A model generated the notes under the pieces. That model made no database searches. It was not told the origin of the DNA and worked only from the letters and a program-made list of their open reading frames with translations. A program made the position numbers and the translations under genes. DNA of 63,807 bases, the filler included, from Octopus bimaculoides (taxonomy: Eukaryota), in assembly GCF_001194135.2 (NCBI RefSeq). It is 5 parts of 5 records of this genome, joined end to end, with 100 filler letters (N's around TTAATTAATTAA, not from the genome) between each part and the next. Parts side by side here need not be neighbours in the genome. Positions count along the whole stretch, not along the records: positions 47,481 to 57,224 come from NC_068993.1; positions 57,325 to 62,241 come from NC_068996.1; positions 62,342 to 63,807 come from NC_068994.1; 2 more parts are not named here. One strand, 5' to 3'. This document shows, one piece after another, positions 50,981-63,807 of this stretch. How positions within the stretch are numbered: position 1 is the stretch's first letter; every line of letters begins with the position of its first letter.

Positions 50981-53689
50981 TATGAAAATATCACTCAGTA
51001 CATTTAAGTAGAAGGTCATCAGTTTTTATTTTTTCTATTAGAAAATCTAACATTGACACAAAACTGAAAGTTCCAATTTACTAACAAGTTCATTTTTGTC
51101 AAAAAGTGTGTAAATATGCCTGTCTTATTATACATGTCTACGTGTGTGTGTGCATGTATATGAGTTTGTTAGTGTCTTGTTTGTGTGTGCACAGGCTCTT
51201 TATTTTATCGTGTCGAAAAAAGGAAAGGGAATGCCCCATACATGCATATATGAGAATGGAATTTATTTGGATTTTCAGAAATGCAAGACGCTTCATTTTA
51301 TCCATAATTATTGTCATCTGTGGTCAAGTATACAAAATTATTTTTTTACAAGAAACATCGATGTTAATAACGATGTTATCGATGCTAATGACTAAAATCT
51401 CTGAATCTGAATCGCTCCACAGGGAGTTTTATTCTAGTCTTCATGACCTGTCAATATTATTCAAATATACGCAATAAAATATATATTGTAGATGTTTTCT
51501 TTTTAATATCGCTGTATATGTTTGATTTTAGTGCCTGTTATGGAGACAAAGGCCGCATTTCAAAACCAGAATTGTGTTAGAGATTACAAAGTGGGCAATG
51601 TCAGTACAAAAACAATCGTATATACTCAATGATGTCAAAACAATTAAGCATACGTTCGAAAATGTCATCTGAAATGGCCCTTTATAATTGTAATAATCCG
51701 ATGAAAATATATGCAGAACCACACTCGTTTGAATTGCAACGACAGTTTTCACCTACTTAATTCTGATTAATTGTAAAGGAACTTAATGTTTCAAACCTAC
51801 ATAAGACTGACAATAAATGATTCTTATGGCATTTGAGTAGGGACTCCTAGTAGAAAGTCTAGTGCTTCCACAATTTGGTCACCTACTTCGTAGAAGAATA
51901 TATTGTAGGCATCATTTATATTCTTTCGTTTGTCAGTGTTATTGGTAATCATATTAGAAACAAAATACAGAGTGTTTAGTTCCTTCTATATAATCATAGT
52001 TTGTATATTCTCTGAAGCGGTTTCGAGATTTTGTTGTCAGCATAGTCTTCCATACTGCCTGGACGTTAGTTATATCACGATATTTCCTATTTAATATAAA
52101 ATTAGGATATTGTGTATATTATCTAGAAAACACATTGTATTTTTTGAACGATTGTAGATCGTGACGAGCCGGTTGAAATGTTTACTATAATTTGTTCATT
52201 AAAATGTACAACGATGATTTGCTTGATACAAAATGAAATAACATAAAGAAAGGATGATTCTATAAAGATTACGTTGTAATCTGGAAGTGGACCCATTTAA
52301 TATCTGACATTAGCCACGAGATACAATGCATTGCACGGTAATATTATTATATAACAGCATCTAATTGATGGATCTACTGTAGCTTTTTTATTTAGTTGAA
52401 GTGGAACGGAAAAAGAAAAAAATTGCCTGACAATTACAAACATTCCGTTTATTGATTTAGAAAATGAGATATGCGTTATCATTAAGCGCTTTAACAACTG
52501 AAATTGCTCTCAGCCCTAACCGATTACACATAATGATTTACCTTATTTTCCCACGCCTCAGTTAAATTTATTTCCAGTAATGTTTTCTAAATGAAATCAC
52601 TATTGAAAAACATATATTTCATCTCATCTTCGCCCACTTCATTGTAGGAGAGACGTGGAGTTGAGTCCTCAAGTGCACCTATCAGGTTGTTAGAAGCAGG
52701 ACTCAATTGATCTGACGCCTCCCTAAACTGATCAAATGAGCGGATAGATGTTATCCAACTACGTTACCCGTGGTCTACCAGTGGGTTCTGCCAGTTGACT
52801 TTGCCCACGAAACCTCGGTAGAATAGTTTCTCGATAGAGTTGTTCTGCTAGAGAGTGGGTTGTAGATGATGGATAGCGATAAGGTCGACAGATATGATGA
52901 TTATTTGCAAGATATGTGGGCTATTACCTAATGAATAATCAGCCCCGGATAAAAAAGTAACCTTCCACATGAAAACTACAATAACCCAATGATGCTGGTA
53001 TGGGAAGGTAAGGAAATGTTACCTCAAAAAATACCTAGTCATCGCGGATCAAAGGAAATTACCAAATTCATGAAGGGTGCAAATGAAACAACCAAACACG
53101 GCAGTATGTTTAGAGAAATATAAAACCGTTGATGCTGCGGATAACAAGAGATGTGTGTAGGACCTGTCCGGAAATTATATAGCGGTCTCCATCGAATACT
53201 TTGAAACCTGTCGATGGGCCTCCAACTTGTCCTGAGAAGCGTGTGATAGTTAGATGTAGAAAGTTTGCGCACCTCGAGACTTCAAAAAGGATCCAGAACG
53301 TAAAAACATAGATTAACGCGCACACCTCCCCCAACACACACGTATTAGGAAGTTAAAACTTATGGCCGGTCATAGAATTAGCAATAATTTTTTACTTCCT
53401 AAAAAATACGTTATTGCCTTAATACTTTAGAGTGATCTAGCTTTTCTGATATAAGAACTACTGACGCTATACATACATACATACATACATAATACATACA
53501 TGCATATATGCATATATNNNNNNNNNNNNNNNNNNNNNNNNNNNNNNNNNNNNNNNNNNNNNNNNNNNNNNNNNNNNNNNNNNNNNNNNNNNNNNNNNNN
53601 NNNNNNATATATATATATATATATATAAATATATATCAAGACTGTGAACAAATTGAAGTCCAGCCCCGTGTCTGATCGAATTTTCCGTC

Positions 53690-54495
53690 AACTCTGTCTG
53701 AGAAATGATGAGGATAATACGAAATTCTTATACCAGACCGAAGTGCGATGGCTGTCAAAAGGAAACTGATTTATGCTTTGTTGAACTGTTTCATATAATC
53801 ATACCTTTCTTTGAAGCTACTCCACTATCCGCTTCATTGATGGCTGCAAGGTGCGATATCGTTTTACTTTGTGATATATTCACAAAATTAAATCATTTGA
53901 ATATGTTATTGGAAGGAAGCAGAAAAAAAACTGTCGTTGATTGTAAATCATTCATCACTACTTTCTAACATTTCAAACCGACAATTCCATCTATTTCCAC
54001 AACTTGAATCTTTGAAAGATGGATTGCTTAATGAGGATTCAACTACATATCAGAACAGTTTACAATCATTGCACGATAACATGGTGGAGCGATTTCAAGA
54101 TGTTAGTATGCTGAATATCCGAAATTAGTATAGCAATCCGTTTGAGGTCGATGCAGTCGATTGCGAGGTTGATGTTCAGGAGGAATTGATAGAATTACAA
54201 AATGACAGTGACGCCACAATGCGATATCGCCGTAATGGCAAAGAATGTTTGTGGTACCATCAGAGTATATTGAATTCCTAACCCAATCTGTGAAAACAAC
54301 TGTAATTACTTTTGGTTGCTTTTCTACCTCATACCTGGTAGAATCTGGTTTTAGCTATGTTGGAACTTCAGTTTCCCATAAAAGAATTTTACTGGATGTG
54401 ATACAACGGGGAGACTTGCGGCTAAAGTTGACAAGTTTGAAACTGAATGTATCTGCACTAGCTGTAACGCACCAGACATATTGTTCTCATTCAAA
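53690..54495 (+). mobile_element. hAT (Charlie/Buster-like) transposase C-terminal fragment, decayed
   Basis: TEVRWLS, DIFTKLNHLNMLLEG, NPFEVD...VQEELIELQND and FSTSYLVESGFS...GDLRLKLT motifs of hAT catalytic and dimerisation domains; several frameshifts. Confidence 0.85.
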
Positions 54496-55024
54496 AAGTT
54501 TTATTCTTTTCCTTTACAATACAATCAGTAATTATTTCTGCGTCGGTTGTTCTGATCAATGGTTCATTTGGGGAAAATGAAAATCAGTGTAAAAGAAAGC
54601 GCAAGTTTCCAGAAGTTAATCTGTCTGCGTGATACACAGTTAACATTAGAATTTTATTCACACTAATGGCAAAACTAAAACCTACAATAAGGGATTTGTA
54701 TAGAACCACATATTCAGTCTAACGGCACTAACCGGGAAACTAGTCTACGATATAGTGTGTGTCAAATGATATAGGGGTGGTCCTAGGGGATTTTGTGTTA
54801 GGAATTTGAAGGTTGCCAAACTGGCTGTTATAATTATGCAAATGCATAGCAAAATTTTACAAATTAAAGTATGCGATAAGTACTAAATTGACATTTAATA
54901 AAAAAAAAAATAAGATCAGCATATATTTTCTTGAGAATATTTGTACAGACAGCGGAGTATTTTCTGTACACTAGATATGTAAATACTCGTCTGTGACAAA
55001 CTAGCGTGATAAGACGCTGGTGTA

Positions 55025-55908
55025 TATAGAGGGAGTTTAGGCTAAATTTAACTGTTTGTATAAAAGGAAAAGAAAACACAATACCCATAGACATTTAAAG
55101 TATATTAAAATATCAAAAAATAACAAGCATATTATGTGAGGGAGGTAACAATTTACTCAAAGTAACTACTCTCCGCTTCCACAATGTCCTCAAGACAGCT
55201 CCAGAACCTAGTGCATGCGTTCATCTTTGTGTCCTCGGGACGATCCTCGAATACCTCCTTTTTTTCGCAGGCAGAGCGGTCAAAGTTATTCTCAACAGTG
55301 CCCCATACATAGTAACCAATGTGATTAAAATCAGGATAATGAGGTTGCCTTAAATTGGGGCTGGCGCAGTCGTAGAAATTCTCTGACAACCAATTTTTGA
55401 TTCTTTCCAGAAGATGGCAAGGAGTCGAATCCTGCTGCCGCACATGTCCTTCCAACAACAACCCTCCCGAATCAGTTGTTGGGCACAATCTCCATCGGCT
55501 TCACGTAACCATGCGAATTGAGTCTAAAACCCTGTTCAAAGAGGTGGGGGTAAATTCCGGCGTGCAAATGCAGTCAGAACGCCTGCTGTATCACTGTCAC
55601 TTCCCGCTGGTCACGGTTTTGTAGTCTCCGTCGCAGCTGTCATATCGTACATCATTAAACACTGTTCACAAACTATTATGCAACAGTCATGATGCCGGCA
55701 TTTTGATACGCGGCACGAATTGTCATGATACAGTTAACTCTTTTTCAATATTCACACGCTTTCTAGTCCTACATATCAGTTAAAGTTTTCTGAACTACAT
55801 GTTTAGTCTTTATACTCTCCAAGGCAGTTGACGGTTGATTAATACACCACGGTATTTCTTTAAAAGAAATGGCATAAAAATGAGCTAATTTAGCCCGAAC
55901 ACTCTGTA
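55025..55908 (-). mobile_element. Tc1/mariner DD37D (maT)-like relic with imperfect TIRs
   Basis: Minus-strand QQDSTPCH...WLSENFYD..SPN....PDFNHIGYYVWG...ACTRF...IVEAESSYFE. Ends tatagaggg.gtttaggctaaatt and aatttagcccgaacactctgta are loosely inverted. Confidence 0.75.
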
Positions 55909-56320
55909 TTTTTTGGCTACTCTAGAGGTGTAAGTGGTTAAAAAAAACCTGTAAAATCAATTGATTTTACAGCTTGTATTGAAAAAGACTAATTTCAGCT
56001 TTCTGATGAATGTGTATTTACTTGAAAAGGGACCAGTTATCTGTGAAATGACTGAAAGTATTTGGATCCTTACCATGAAATGATTACGTCTGGTGTCATC
56101 AGCTTGCTCCTTGCTCCTTTGTCTGATAACTTTAAACACATGCCGAAAGAAGTCGCACAAGTCTACCACATCACTGATCACATGATGTAAGGAATCATTT
56201 AAACCTGACGGTGGAGTGTAGTGCCCATGAGGTGTTTCTAACCGCATTTATCGAGCTGGAATGCCGATATTAATTTTTTTTTAATCAAAGTAAACATGTT
56301 ATATATAGAGAGAGAGAGCG

Positions 56321-56365
<45 letters not shown>

Positions 56366-57068
56366 TATAGATAGAGGAGGACTTATCCTCAGATACACAC
56401 ATCGACACACATTATTGTGTTTGAATATGTTCGTGCGCGCGTGTACATGTGTGTATGTGTAGAAAATGTATATATTTATGCATTTATGTCTGAAACATGA
56501 AACGTTTACTTAATCTATGAATCAAGTTTGATGTAGACTGACTTCAATCATGTGATGAATTTTGCACTCTCAGGATTAAATGCATCGCTTCATACTCTGA
56601 TCATAGACCGTTGATTACATTACTGGCTTCTTTTGAGAGATATACATACTAAAACAACTGACTCTATTAAGACAATATATTGACGCTCCCTGTAACAAAA
56701 CTTTATATATTTTTTTAACCAAAAATAGTAAACGCTTTTCAGTTCTGTAAATTTTGCAACAAATTTTGTTTCATCACGTCTTAAATCTTTGCTATAGACT
56801 GTTTATATACTCAGAGTAAATTTGAAATGCTGTAAGTTATATCCTAGCTAAGATGTTGTATTGGTGTCTCTCTGAATAGTTTAGCTTTGTGAAGTAAAAC
56901 TAAGTCTGGGTGAAAGATTTGTATATTTGAAAATATGCTTTGAATTTTTGCTTTTGTTATTCTCTTAATGCTCCTCTTTATATCGCTTTACTTCAAGTTT
57001 ATGAACCGCTGCGTTGAATTTCATCTACTTCAGGCATGTTTGAGATATCCTGTGTGAGATGTCTATGA

Positions 57069-57104
<36 letters not shown>

Positions 57105-57224
57105 GTCTGTAGGTGATTATGTATGTACGTATGCGAACATGATTCTTTTATTTTGTGGCATACATATGTACTATTGTAACTCTTCTTATATAATTTATAT
57201 TCTCCACAAACACACACCCATATC

Positions 57225-57324
57225 NNNNNNNNNNNNNNNNNNNNNNNNNNNNNNNNNNNNNNNNNNNNTTAATTAATTAANNNNNNNNNNNNNNNNNNNN
57301 NNNNNNNNNNNNNNNNNNNNNNNN
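57225..57324. other. Artificial scaffold spacer N44-TTAATTAATTAA-N44
   Basis: Exactly 100 bp, with identical architecture at four sites. Confidence 0.9.
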
Positions 57325-57519
57325 TCTTCTTCTTCCTATTCTTCTTCTTTTTCTTCTTCTTCTTCTTCTTCTTCTTCTTCTTCTTCTTCTTCTTCTTCTT
57401 CCTATTCTTCTTCTTTTTCTTCTTCTTCTTCTTCTTCTTCTTCTTCTTCTTCTTCTTCTTCTTTCAATTCTTCTTTCAATTCTTCTTCTTCCTCTTCCAC
57501 TTCTTCTCCTTCCTCTTCC

Positions 57520-57550
<31 letters not shown>

Positions 57551-57713
57551 CTTCTTCTTCTCCTTCTTCTTCTTTTTCTTCTCCATCTTCTTCTTCTTCT
57601 CCTTCTTCTTCTTCTTTTTCTTCTCCACCTTCTTCTTCTTCTTCTTCTTCTTCTTCTTCTTCTTCTTCTTTCNNNNNNNNNNTTCTTCTTCTTCTTCATC
57701 TTCTTCTTCTTCC

Positions 57714-57744
<31 letters not shown>

Positions 57745-57749
57745 CTTCC

Positions 57750-57780
<31 letters not shown>

Positions 57781-57884
57781 TCAATTCTTCTTCTTCCAAT
57801 TCTTCTTCTTCTTCTTCTTCTTCTTCTTATTCTTCTTCTTCTTCTTCTTCTTCTTTTTCTTCTTCTTCTTCTTCTTCTTCTTCC

Positions 57885-57915
<31 letters not shown>

Positions 57916-58072
57916 CTCCTTCTTCTTCTTCTTCTTCTTCTTCTTCTTCTTCTTTCAATTCTTCTTTCAATTCTTCTTCTTCCTCTTCCACTTCTTCTCC
58001 TTCCTCTTCCACTTCTTCTTTCAATTCTTCTTCTTTCAATTCTTATTCTTCTTCTCCTTCCACTTCTTCTTC

Positions 58073-58104
<32 letters not shown>

Positions 58105-58157
58105 CTTCTTCTTCTTCTTCTTCTTTTTCTTCTTCTTCTTCTTCTCCTTCCTCTTCC

Positions 58158-58188
<31 letters not shown>

Positions 58189-58851
58189 CATCCAATTCGT
58201 CTTCTTCTTTTTCTTCTTCGTCTTCTCCTTCTTCTTCTTCTTCTTCTTCTTCTTCTTCTTCTTCTTCTTCTTTTTTTCTTCTTCTTCTTCTTCTTCTTCC
58301 ACTTCCACTTCCCTCTTCTTCTTCTTCTTGTTCCACTTCTTCTTCTTCTTCTTCTCCTCCTTCTTCCCTTTCTTCTTCTTCTTCTTCTTCTTCTTCTTCT
58401 TCTTCTTCTTTCAATTCTTCTTCTTCTTCTTCTTTCAATTCTTCTTCTTCTTCTTCTTCTTCTTCCCCTTCTTCTTCTTCTTCTTCTTCTTCTCCTTCCT
58501 CTTCCACTTCTTCTTCTTCTACTTCTTCTTCTTCCCCTTCTTCTTCTTCTTCTTCTTCTTCTTCTTTCAATTCTTCTTCTTTCAATTCTTCTTCTTCTCC
58601 TTCTTCTTCTTCTTCTTCTTCTTCTTTTTCTTCTCCTCCTCCTCCTCCTTCTCCTTCTTATTTCTCTTCTTCTTCTCCTTATTATTTTTCTTCTTTTTCT
58701 TCCTCTTCCACTTCTTCTCCTTCTTCTTGTTGTTGTTGTTCTTCTTCTTCTTCTTCTTCTTCTTCTTCTTCTTCTTCTTCTCCTTCTTCTTCTTCTTCTT
58801 CTTCTTCTTCTTCTTCTTCTTCTTCTTCTTCTTCTTCTTCTTCTTCTTCTT
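57325..58851. repeat. ~1.5 kb interrupted (TTC/GAA)n polypyrimidine-polypurine tract
   Basis: Almost pure pyrimidine + strand with recurring variants ttcaat, ttccac and cctctt. The poly-Glu, poly-Lys, poly-Arg and poly-Phe ORFs are by-products. Confidence 0.95.
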
Positions 58852-59589
58852 TTATACTCTTATACTTCTTGAAATTCTTCTCAACGATATTTGCATTTAC
58901 TTGTCATAAACGAGGAATTACCTTAGACATTTATTCGTCTGGCATTTATTTGTCTCTGATTGCTTCGATATATCACTAACCAAATTCGTTCAACACTGAG
59001 CGCTTTATAGATATCTGCCTGGGTTTTATAATCTCTCCTTAATATATACATATGTGTACGTGTATGTATGTATGTATGTATGTATGTATGTATGTATGCA
59101 TGCTTGTATGTATGTATGTACGTACGTACGCACGCACGTATGTATGTATGTATGTATGTATGTATGTATCTATCTATCTATTTTATATATATATATGTGT
59201 GTGTATGTGTGTGTGTNNNNNNNNNNNNNNNNNNNNNNNNNNNNNNNNNNNNNNNNNNNNNNNNNNNNNNNNNNNNNNNNNNNNNNNNNNNNNNNNNNNN
59301 NNNNNNNNNNNNNNNNNNNNNNNNNNNNNNNNNNNNNNNNNNNNNNNNNNNNNNNNNNNNNNNNNNNNNNNNNNNNNNNNNNNNNNNNNNNNNNNNNNNN
59401 NNNNNNNNNNNNNNNNNNNNNNNNNNNNNNNNNNNNNNNNNNNNNNNNNNNNNNNNNNNNNNNNNNNNNNNNNNNNNNNNNNNNNNNNNNNNNNNNNNNN
59501 NNNNNNNNNNNNNNNNNNNNNNNNNNNNNNNNNNNNNNNNNNNNNNNNNNNNNNNNNNNNNNNNNNNNNNNNNNNNNNNNNNNNNNGAT

Positions 59590-60590
59590 GTACTTTCAAA
59601 TTAATTTTCGTGAAAAAACTTTGACTTTATATATAATTTTAAAGCCCGTTTCTTTGCTCTATCAAATCGTGTTACTCGTTTTCTTTTTGAATAATTAGGC
59701 CATTTGTTCTGGAACGTTGAATACAACATGGACAAAAAGTAAATTCGCACAATTTTCTTATTCCACTTCATGCTAGGCCGAAAAGCTGCTGAAACATCTC
59801 GCGATATCAACGATGCGTTTGGCCCAGGAACCACTAATGAACGCACAGCACAATGGTGATTCAAGACATTTCGTAGCGGTGACGAGAGTCTTGAAGATGA
59901 TAAGCGTAGTGGTCGGCCATCGGATGTTGACAACGATCAACTAAGAGCCTTAGTCGAAGCCAATCCACGCACAATTGCTAACTTTTCACGACTGTTTGAG
60001 AGTTTGCTTCTGAATTAGACGTAACGTATACGACAATTTCCAACCACTTGAAATAGATTGGAAAAACAAATATACTTGAGAAATGGGTGCCGCACGAATT
60101 GAACGATAACCAAACAAAAAACGCCGTTTTGAAGTGTCATCTTCCCTTCTTTTATGCAACAAGAACGACCCGTTTCTCGAACGGGTTGTGACTTGTGATG
60201 GAAAGTGGATTCTTTACGACAACCGGTGACGCTTAGCTCAGTGGTTGGACGCCGACGAAGCTCCACAGCACTCCCCGAAGCCAAAGTTGCATCAAAAGTA
60301 GGTCATGGTGATTGTTTGGTGGTCTGCGGCCGGTATCATCCATCACAGCTTTTTGGTTCCAAGCGAAACCATTACAGCAGAGAAGTACTGTCAGCAGATG
60401 GATGAAATGCATAAGAAACTTCGACAACAACAGCCAGCATTGGTCAGTAGAAAAGGACCAATTCTTCTCCACGACAATGTTCGGCCTCACGTCGCACAAC
60501 TGACCCTGCAGAGGTTGAACGAATTGGGTTACGAAACTCTACTTCATCTGCCATACTCACCAGACCTCTCACCTACCGACTACCACTTTC
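59590..60590 (+). mobile_element. Mariner transposase pseudogene (Hsmar1/Mos1-like D,D34D), 3' truncated; ATG at 59728
   Basis: MDKK*IRTIFLFHF..GRKAAETSRDINDAFGPGT..., WVPHEL, VTCDGKW, LLHDNVRPH and YSPDLSPTDYHF: all three catalytic Asp motifs are present, with several stops. Ends at a CA repeat. Confidence 0.93.
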
Positions 60591-60629
60591 TCACATGCAC
60601 ACACATACACACACACGCACACACAAATA

Positions 60630-61290
60630 TACGTGGGGGTACCCAAAACCGGAAACGTTCTCTGTGGTACAAGCTCGATGTAGTTCAGGTTTCCACCGCT
60701 AGAAGCTACTTGATACGGCCCTTAGGCATCAGTTTTCCGACTAACGTTTTCGGGTATGCTCGTACTGTCACGTGGTGTGTCTTTATTTTGCAGCGCTTCT
60801 TCCCTGTTCGTCGACTTTTGCGTTGGCTGAAACGAAGGAACTGCGTGCTTCCGTGAAATTTTGCTTTTTGCTGGGAAAAACGGTGGCTAACACAGTTTTC
60901 ATGCTTCAAACAGCTTACAAGATCCCTTTGTCACGAGCGAAACATAGGTTTCATGGTAGTTTTTACGCTTTGGGAATTGTCAGTTGTCGCATGAAGACCA
61001 ACCTCGCCCAGGACAACCGTCGACCTACCGAATGAATGTAAACATCATGAAAATTTATGAACTGGTCTTGGATGACCATTGCCGAACAGTTGACAAACTT
61101 GTTGATATGATTGGTGAGTCCTGGAGCTCCTGCCAACAAATTTTGTGCGAGGAATTGCAAATGAAAAGAGTTGCAGCAAAATTTGTGCCTCGAAGATCAA
61201 AAGCAGTCCCGACTGAATGCGTGTCATGAACTGAAAGAACAGTTGGAATTGATCTGAACCTTTTTTCGCTGGTCATCACTGGTGACTACT
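60630..61290 (+). mobile_element. Mariner 5' fragment (DNA-binding region up to the first catalytic motif)
   Basis: ETKELRASVKFCFLLGKT...MLQTAYK, EDQPRPGQPST, QILCEELQMKRVAAKFVPR and LVITGD. Confidence 0.85.
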
Positions 61291-62241
61291 TTGAATGCGA
61301 TGAAAATGTAAACGTAAAACTAAGGGAACAAAATATTGCATAATTCCGGTTTCTTTTCGATACGCCCTCGTATATATCATTTATCTTTTACATGTTTCAG
61401 TCTTCAATGGTTTTAGCCGAACAAATCAACTTCATGACTTACTCATTCTATCGGTCATTTAGCCGAACCGCTGTATCACGAGGATGTAAAACATCAAAAC
61501 CTGTTGTCAGGCGATGATGGGGGGAAAACACAGACATAAAGACAAATACACAGATATATATATATCTGAGAATGCGTGCCTGTCTGTATGTGTGCATTAC
61601 TAAAACTCGAGAACACAAACACACACGCACGTATACACAAGCCCTCTCATACATACATGGACACACGCACGCAGGTGCATGCACATGCTCACGCATAGGT
61701 AGACATCAATTTATTCAAAACTTATCAAACAAGACGGTTTAAGTGTTTTTGAGAGAAACGTTGAATGGATGAACGTAAGCGTTTGCGAAGAAAACAAAGA
61801 GAAAACCAATGAAAAATGGAATAGTTAGCATTTAAAAAACACGCAGACACATACGGATGCATATACTTAGGTATAAACACACACACATGCAGACATAAAC
61901 GCACTCACACACTCATCTCGGACGAATCCCAACGCTGGAACATAAGTTCAAAATCAATGAAAGTAATGAGATGTGTCACTGAAGAGATTGCAACAATGCG
62001 ATGAAATAATTATTTGACAAAAAAGAAAAAAGAAATAACAACACGAACAATATCGAACATTTGAACGATTAAATGTTTGACGAAGGTGTTTCACATATGA
62101 GTTTGAAAAGCTAGTAAAAAAACGGCTGATCCATAAATTGGTTAGCAGAGTAACTAACAATAACAATAAAGGATCGAACCAGTGCGTGTGTGTTTATTAT
62201 TAGCGGCATAATGACATTCCCAAGGTTCATTAGTATATATA

Positions 62242-62341
62242 NNNNNNNNNNNNNNNNNNNNNNNNNNNNNNNNNNNNNNNNNNNNTTAATTAATTAANNN
62301 NNNNNNNNNNNNNNNNNNNNNNNNNNNNNNNNNNNNNNNNN
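62242..62341. other. Artificial scaffold spacer N44-TTAATTAATTAA-N44
   Basis: Exactly 100 bp, with identical architecture at four sites. Confidence 0.9.
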
Positions 62342-63189
62342 CGCACACGCACACGCACACACATGCTCGCGCGCGCACTCACAGATACATCCGTTGTAGA
62401 GTAAGGGTAATTGATAGAGGGAAGAGTGTCTTCTGGGCCTCAGGAGACACGAGAGTCATTGAAATGTGGTCCTAGCTATGTTAAGGATGTGCTTTTACCA
62501 ATCTCTTAGAAAATACATCCTACTGTCTTATGTATGTGCATGTGCTTGTATAAAGTAATGATGGAGACTTGTAAACGGTGGGCATATACATTAACCATAC
62601 GTAAATAAATGATTTTCAAGTCGACTTCACACTCATACATGCTTTCATAAATACATACATCCATGCGTATACGTGTGTGTACGTATGTGCACCTTTGTGC
62701 GTGTGTGNNNNNNNNNNGTACATTGCGCTCCGGACAGATATCAACAACATTAACAATCTTTTTCACTCTCATACAAAGAGAATGGTTTAAGACTTTCACT
62801 TGCCACAGTGTGCTGAGACACCAGAGGGTGCAGTTTTTTAACGCACAGCTCCAACTTATATTTTGAGATAACCTTGCAATATAAGAAGGAGTGCGCAACT
62901 CCTTCTTATAATTTACGATAAACTCGCAAGGCTATCGTATGTGGTGGATCAAAGAGTTTGAAGCTTTCCTTTTCTTTATCCATTGTGGTATTCAGCAGGT
63001 CAGCACCAATGAAGTACCGCAACAGCCGTAACAAATATATGGAGAGCAGTAGTCGCAGTTCTCAGCACACCATCATGTAACCTCATCGTTTTTAGAGATG
63101 CTCTGTAATCAATTATTGTCACGATCATTCTTGATTATTAATAAGTGAATACCTCTTATAATCAAAGACGGCGAAGTCTTGTGGTGCTC

Positions 63190-63600
63190 GGTGTAATAAA
63201 TATTAACGGCAATGTAAGATCTCCGTTTTTGTAGCTTCAAGTATATGGAAGAAGTAGAATAAGCGGGAGCAGTTTTGATCCTCATGGGTAATAACAGAAA
63301 GAATACGATCGCAGATACAAACAGCCGAAATGGGGTTCTTCCGAATAGATTTTAGAGTTACGTTACTCTGTTGAGTGCGTAGCCTTGACATCAGAGAGAT
63401 GTTGCAGGTAGACCCTCTACTTCTCCAAATCGGGAGATCACAGCTCCGATTCTGAGGAAATGTGGTAAGAATGCCTCAAGAAAGAATCGATAGACAAGTC
63501 TTACGGGCAAAATATTAAAATGTGAGGAATCCCAGGAGTAGACCATGAGGAGGTTGCTTGGATAATATCCATGGGCACGGTTGGTCTCTTTGGGAGTTCC
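63190..63600 (+). mobile_element. RTE-clade LINE C-terminal fragment
   Basis: SWVITERIRSQIQTAEMGFFR...VRSLDIREMLQV.PLLLQI.RSQLRF*GNVVRMPQERI resembles the RTE thumb region (ESW..AEM.FLR..IRE...QLRW.GHV.RM). Confidence 0.75.
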
Positions 63601-63807
63601 AGCAGGTTCTACTGGACACGGTAGCTTCTGACGGAATCCGATGAAAGATGGACTCAAGGATTCTACCCCATAACACTTCCAGCGGGTGAAAAAGATGAGT
63701 CGAGATTTACATACACAAATAATCTACACACAAAACACAAACACCTGTATATATTGGTTTCAAATTTTTTTGGCACAAGCCCACAATTTCGGTGGAAGGG
63801 GATTCTC

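Noticed and set aside
57277-58909. Poly-Glu, poly-Lys, poly-Arg and poly-Phe ORFs suggesting an acidic or basic structural protein
   Set aside because: They are translations of the (TTC)n tract. The Glu frame is broken by TAA codons and there are no convincing splice or start signals.

Overview
AT-rich, microsatellite-dense animal genomic DNA with many N gaps. The repeat content suggests a cephalopod such as Octopus, which is inference from repeat style and not a database match. Only one host gene is recognisable: the 3' half of a Grainyhead/GRHL-family transcription factor on the + strand. It consists of 8 small GT-AG exons at 289-16633 that splice in frame into 250 aa (end of the CP2/Grh DNA-binding domain, linker, C-terminal dimerisation domain, stop). 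The ORF track shows it only in fragments. The rest is transposon relics and simple repeats: three tandem R4/Dong-like RLE retrotransposon 3' fragments inside a (TAA)n array in grh intron 6; a complete non-autonomous Chapaev3-type DNA transposon (TIRs, TTA target duplication, intron-containing transposase remnant); about seven Tc1/mariner relics; hAT, Gypsy gag, RTE and CR1-like fragments; several SINE families; fold-back elements; and a ~1.5 kb (TTC)n tract. Four 100-bp N44-TTAATTAATTAA-N44 spacers are scaffolding artefacts, so adjacency across them is not guaranteed. I found no CRISPR array, rRNA or true tRNA gene, and no clearly new biological system. The best leads are the Chapaev3 element and the Dong/R4 stack.
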